Positions 9,393 to 14,548 of a stretch of DNA of 14,548 nucleotides are shown in pieces. The position numbers and the translations under genes are program-made. Origin of the DNA: Azolla caroliniana (taxonomy: Eukaryota > Plantae > Polypodiophyta); contig JBHGNT010000861.1 in the NCBI GenBank assembly GCA_043228905.1, forward strand, positions 1-14,548, written 5' to 3'. The notes below the pieces were generated by a model that saw only the letters and a list, made by a program, of their open reading frames with translations, did no database searches and was not told the origin of the DNA. Each line of letters begins with the position of its first letter. Position 1 is the first letter of the stretch.

Positions 9393-9918
9393 CTAGAAAA
9401 TTGAATAAAGAACAAATGTGAGGCTACACAATATATATACACACACATATGGAAGCTTTTATGGCATCATAGCTTTAAAATATTGTAATCAATTTATTAT
9501 GTATAACCTAGTCAAAAGTGTTGATCGAATGGTGCTACAATTTGGGTATTGTTAGCTTTGTCAATTAGGGATTTATCGTTTAGGTGGGTAATGATGTAAG
9601 GGATAAGTAAATAGAGTGGTGTAGTTAGCATGGGCCGATCTTAAACTCACAAGATATGGTCATAACTTTTCAACATGACAATTGAATCCCTCTTTGGTAA
9701 TTATTATATAAGCACATTGTACAAACCATGCAAGATGTTAAGTACTGATTTTGTTCATAATATATCGAGGAAATTCATATTGATATACATTGTTTTCATG
9801 TGTAAGTAAAATCAGTGATTAAATTTCCAATGATCACATACTTCATTATATACATAAGGAACTACATTGAAATTCTAAGTGCTAAGGTAGTGGTAGTGAA
9901 TTTTATGAATGAGCATAC

Positions 9919-11515
9919 CATCTTGATATGATCCTCCAAATTGTCGAGGGATACATGATATCTTGATCCAACGGTGCTATCATTTCTCGTCATGCCACCC
10001 AAACTCTCGGCCATGAGGCCACTATTCTCCATTCGATCAACGAGTGTCTCTTTCTTGTGGGTTTCAACTTCTTGCCTCAATGCGTGCTCAATACCAGAAA
10101 GCCTCGCCATCTCCATCCGAATCATTGTCATTAGATCCTCACTAAACGATCCGAATTCTCGACACTTGGTTTGCTCCCCTAGGACAAGTCTTAGGCTTTG
10201 CAAAGCTTTCACCTTCTCATTGCAAACCTTCTCCAACTCACTTTGCTTCTCTACTAGCCCCTCCTCTTTTTCCCTATACTCTTTTTTTAGGGCAACAACA
10301 CTCCATGGCAACTCCTCCTTCTCTTGTGAGCTCGATCCCATGCTTCCCACCTTGCTCATTCTCAATGCCTTGATTGTCTCCTCACATTCATGCACTCGCT
10401 CCGCCAATTCATTCTTCTTCGATGCTAACAAAGAGATTTCCTTGTGTAGCTCCACCTTCTCTTGGGCAATCCTATTCAATCTCTCTCGTGTTTTCATGCC
10501 TTTGGACATCGCAACCTCGAGCTTCATAGACCACTCTGACTCCATCTCCTCTATGGTTTCTCGGACCTTCACTTCATTCTCTCTTTGAAGGAGCTTGAGT
10601 TTAAATTCCATATCTGCTTTCATATTGCGAAGGGCCTCATCCGAGCTGGCCCGTTCAGCAGCCCGAGCTCGGATCTCGGAAGCTAACTCTAGGGCAAGAT
10701 CTCTCTTCTCCTCAACACACCTCTTAATGAGCTCTAACTCACTTATTGTACTCACATCATCACTGGATTCGGAGTATTGCATTAAACATTCTCGGATCGA
10801 GCTCGTGTTATAAGGAGCTTGACCCTTGATGCTCATCATTCGGGATTGGTGCTCGAATGTGCTCACTCGTTCTTCCAATTCTCTAGCTCGCTCCTCCAGA
10901 TTGGTCGCCATTTTCTGCTCCATTGCGTAAGTGTCGGTCGATCGGAATGAATCTATACCATCTCGAGGGGGAGGATGGATCCTAGGAGGCAACACATTGG
11001 CGACCGAGTAAGTGTCGGCCCATCGGAATGAATCTATACCATCTCGAGGGGGAGGATCGATACTAGGAGGCAACACATTGGTGACCGAGGAAGTGCCGGC
11101 CAATCGGAATGAATCTGTACCATCTCGAGGAGGCCCATTGGTAGGCAACGAATCGGGAACCGCATAAGTGTCGGCGAATCGGAATGAATCTATACTGTCT
11201 CGAGGAGGAGAATCAATACTAGGAGGTAACACATTCATGTCCGAGTAAGTGTTGGCCGATCGGAATGAATCTATACCGAGTTGAAGAGGTCCATTGATAG
11301 GCAATGAATCAGCGTGCGAGGTATGGACTACCTGCCTAGTACTACTACTACTTTCTTTCTCCTTTCTTGGAACAACATTGACTTGCTTTGGGTTTTTCTC
11401 CTTGAAGGAGAAGGATCTTATTATCTTGTCTCGGATGGATTTGAATGGACTAGACTTGTTTCCCAAGACTGTTCGAGTAGGTTGCTTCATTACATTATTA
11501 GGAATCTTCGATGTG

Positions 11516-11546
<31 letters not shown>

Positions 11547-11793
11547 AAGAAGAAGTATGATTATGGTTTGTTTGGTTTGAAGATGGTACCAAATGCATTA
11601 GTTCCTTAGAGTTATTGATCATTATGTCATCTCTCCACTCGAGAACCTTAGGATCGAAAGTCGGAGGAGAGTATTCCATGATGCGCATCGAGTGAGATGT
11701 GGATCCATTGGCAAGGAGCTCCTTGGAATCAATAGTAGGCTTTCTTGATATTGCACAATGGGAAAACTCGACTATAGATGAACCCTTCCTCAT
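9919..11793 (-). CDS. Exon 1 (625 aa) of a long coiled-coil protein resembling plant At2g39300/At3g55060 ('CAP-Gly domain linker'/myosin-heavy-chain-like) family
   Basis: Uninterrupted 643-codon ORF. Probable donor ATG|GTATGC at 9919/9918. Low-complexity S/T/P N-half, then coiled coil LEERARELEERV...EEKRDLALELASEIRARAAERAS...SEWSMKLE...RERLNRIAQEKVELHKEIS...MEMARLSGIEHALRQEVE. Family assignment is from remembered motifs, not a search; coding status is high-confidence, family moderate. Confidence 0.8.
10922..11312 (-). repeat. Coding minisatellite, 81/75-bp units (27/25 aa, five DSFR motifs)
   Basis: CGGAATGAATCT on + strand at 10943, 11024, 11105, 11180 and 11261 (spacings 81, 81, 75, 81); peptide consensus PPRDGIDSFRxADTYSVxNVLPPSID. 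Confidence 0.95.
11512..11556 (-). repeat. Coding trinucleotide repeat (poly-Ser/poly-Thr)
   Basis: (GGT)n(AGT)n(AGA)n on + strand, encoding TSSSTTTTTTTTTTT. Confidence 0.95.
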
Positions 11794-13432
11794 AATATTG
11801 TCGAAGAGAATTGATCGGGATCAATAATTACTACATTAGACTCATAACATTATTCAATAATGATGATTCATTAAGAAGCAACAAACCATCAATGATTACT
11901 ATAGGTTCTCTTCAAATTTATTAATGTCGGGAAATATTAGTGTTAAGTCATTAATTGTAACTAGTGAGATAATGAGACATAATTGTTCCTTCCCAACGTG
12001 CCAAAGTGTGGAAAGGTTTTAAATTAATTGAGACTTTAGGTGATGAAAAAAGAAGAAGGGGGGGGGGGATCAAGCATTAAACAAACCTTATAGAATCATT
12101 TAATACCCATGTTGTTTCCATGACAAATATTTCCCTTTCTCAACCCCATGTCCGATACCATTTCATACGGTGTTTTGTTAGAGCAATTGTAAGGGCGACT
12201 CATCGCCCTTAATTTCCCTATTGTATTGATGTGTTCTATGAGCAATCTCTTTGAGGGGATTTAATGAGTCTCATTTCACTAAATATGGTGAAGATCGGAG
12301 AATCTAGAGAAAAAACGGAAAACTCATGGCAAAATACCCATCTCTACCACTACTACAAAGAGGTATTCTAGAAATTGTTTGGAGACATAGGGTGAGTATG
12401 GTGAGAAGCAAACAAGCTAGGAGTACTCGCATGTTTTCTTGAGACAATACAAAATTAAGGAATTGGCAACTCGAGCAATGAATATATCTACAAAAACTTA
12501 CAAACATTTCATGTAAATTGGGATATGAGTTTTTCAAGATTTTGATCCCCTCTATAGTTTTTCGATCTTCAAGTTTATTTTCTTCAACAATGCTTTATAT
12601 AAGTAATGGGAAACTTTAACATGACTCACATGAAAAATACTAATAATGTACAATGATGTGCTCAAAAGCACCCAAAGAAAACTCGAAATTCATCAAAAGA
12701 AATATGATACTACTAGAGGCAATTATACAATTATTGATTTAGAGAGTGCTCGGAGAAATTAAATTCATGAAAAATAGCTTGATGGAAGATCATGTGATTG
12801 CGGTATATTCATTTAGTCTATATGTGGTTACATGGATGATGTCTTGTGTGTTTCTAATGGTGCTCCTTAACTTCAAAGTAGAACTACAATCCTATCATAA
12901 TTTCTCTCTCATTGGACAATTTGGAATGGCCAAGACTCTAGAACTCATTGCTCAAGAATATTGGGGGCCAAGTCTCTACCACATTGTCAAGACTTTTTGA
13001 TAATCGTGCGACACTTGTTTCCCTATAAAAACTCCTAAATATCTTTACGTAATTTGCCTCAATCTTGACCCAACCCAATTAGTCCTTGAAAGAATATTCC
13101 ATGGGATTCCATTGACATGCTCCCATCTTCTTGGGTCCATGAAGTCATCCTTCTTCTTCTTCTTATTCACTTCTCCAAGATGGCACATTTCGTTCCTTGC
13201 AACACTTCCATCTCCAACATTGAAGCAGCAACTAATCTTTTTCTTTAAGAAATAGTTCAACTACATGGCTAACCATATACCATTCTCAATGAATAGGGTC
13301 TAAAACTTGTTACCAATTTCTCAAATCCACTTCTACAACTCATGCATGTGGAATGTTCACAATCTTCTAGACATTGTCAATAGACTAATTGGGAACTAGA
13401 AAATACAAATAAAATACCTGAGAAGTATTTAT

Positions 13433-13769
13433 TAGCAATGGGCCAGGTTTCGGCTCGAACCGAACCGAACCTTTAAGCCATGGTTTAAAGGTTTATAAGT
13501 TCCAAAATAATTAAATGGTTTGGTTTGGTTTTAATTATTAATAAACGGTTCGGTTTGGTTCTAAATTTGGGGGTTTTCGGTTTATAGGTTTAAGTGGTTT
13601 AATTTAAAGGTTTATAGGTTTTTGGTCTAACTTTTTTTATCCCTTAAATGTTTATGTAATTTAATGGTTTAATTAATGTTTTTATTGATTTAATTCACTT
13701 AACTTAAATGTTTAATTAATCTAATGGCTTAATTAATGTTTATTTATTTAATTATTTAATTTAGTCTTT

Positions 13770-13801
<32 letters not shown>

Positions 13802-13804
13802 TGT

Positions 13805-13855
<51 letters not shown>

Positions 13856-14030
13856 GTTTGGCTTATTAAATGTGGTTGAGTTTAAACTTTTTATTAAATG
13901 GCTCGGTTTGGTTTCAACTTTTCCCTAAACGGTTTTGGTTTAAATAGTTTGGTTTAACTTTTCTTAAATTGTTTGGTTTAATGGCTTGAAAGTTCATAAA
14001 GGCAAAGAAACCGAACCGGGCCCATTGCTA
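13433..14030. mobile_element. Non-autonomous hAT-superfamily element/MITE (598 bp)
   Basis: TIRs TAGCAATGGGCC(A/C)GGTT (12 bp perfect, extended). Perfect 8-bp TSD GTATTTAT at 13425-13432 and 14031-14038. Subterminal (A)ACCG/GGTTT/GGTTC pentamers, AT-rich core, no ORF. An 8-bp TSD with TAG-starting TIR is typical of hAT. Confidence 0.92.
13768..13855. repeat. Compound microsatellite (TTTC)n(TTTA)n inside the MITE
   Basis: Directly visible. Confidence 0.95.
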
Positions 14031-14504
14031 GTATTTATTATGCTTCGTCATTTACCTGCAAAATGATTGGGATGAATGGCTACCCTTAGAATAACTTTCT
14101 TGCAATGATTATGCCCACAATTCTAAGTCCCGGATATCATTCTTTACTTACTCAAACACTCACCCCCAAATTTGCCTTCATTGTCCTAGGAAATGGGGCA
14201 ATCTTGGTGTAGAGAGTCGAGACCCAATCCAACAAAGGTCGCATGCTCTCGTCTTAGGTTGAACCACACCTTTCGAAGACCAAACATGTTATCATCATTA
14301 TGCTAACTAACATCGTCAAGATGTGACACCTTTTACAAACAAAAGACCTTGTTAACTCTTGCCTCAGGAATTGTTGATGATTCATCTTTGTAACAAACTT
14401 GATTGTTAATACTTCTTAGTACTTACCACATGAAATCATTAAGCAAGTTATTAATGTTGATTTTCATTTGGAAGTTCTACTATCAATTCATCTTCATTCG
14501 ACAT

Positions 14505-14508
<4 letters not shown>

Positions 14509-14546
<38 letters not shown>
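14509..14546. repeat. (TC)19 microsatellite
   Basis: Directly visible at the window end. Confidence 0.95.

Positions 14547-14548
<2 letters not shown>

Larger units (their letters stand above)
12845..14520 (+). pseudogene. Highly degenerate Ty3/gypsy integrase remnant, interrupted by a hAT-type insertion
   Basis: Motifs in gypsy order: LQSYHNFSLIGQFGMAKTLELIAQEYWGPSL..VK then CDTC (HHCC domain); FSKMAHFVPC; LFL*EIVQLHG*P; KYLLCFVIYLQNDWDEWLPLE after removing the insert; KLD; KQVINVDFHLEVLLSIHLHSTFHLSL (cf. IHPVFHVSLL). Weaker RNase H-like traces upstream (WRH ~12380; WDMSFSRF ~12519). Many stops and frameshifts. Confidence 0.85.

Noticed and set aside
9974-10813. Plus-strand 204-aa and 72-aa ORFs
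   Set aside because: Ser/Leu/Phe-rich antisense shadows of the Glu/Lys-rich coiled-coil exon.
10922-11312. CRISPR-like or ncRNA array
   Set aside because: The whole unit is repeated (no unique spacers), unit lengths are multiples of three inside an open frame, and the context is eukaryotic.

Overview
Eukaryotic, almost certainly land-plant nuclear DNA (species not identifiable from sequence), dominated by transposon remnants around one host gene. (1) Two decayed copies of one Ty1/copia family (Tork/Tto1-like gag) lie tail-to-tail. Copy A (65-3737, +) has a full 5' LTR, Met-i PBS, gag-PR-INT and the start of RT, then jumps into a 5'-truncated second LTR. Copy B (5826-8406, -) has a 5' LTR, PBS and gag-PR-INT and is cut off in integrase. 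Both breakpoints carry short insertions copied from nearby sequence. (2) A minus-strand intron-containing gene (exons 11793-9919, 9392-9243, perhaps 9183-9163) encodes a coiled-coil protein resembling the Arabidopsis At2g39300/At3g55060 family, with a poly-Thr tract and a 25/27-aa 'DSFR' tandem repeat. A ~209-bp tandem duplication lies just downstream of it. (3) A very old Ty3/gypsy integrase remnant (~12845-14520, +) is interrupted by a 598-bp non-autonomous hAT-type element with a perfect 8-bp TSD. I found no convincing new multi-gene system. The most unusual signals are PBS-side bases retained after the right LTR, the templated junctions, a strong CCGG excess in the copia family, the large inverted repeat downstream of the gene, and the repeat-expanded host protein.
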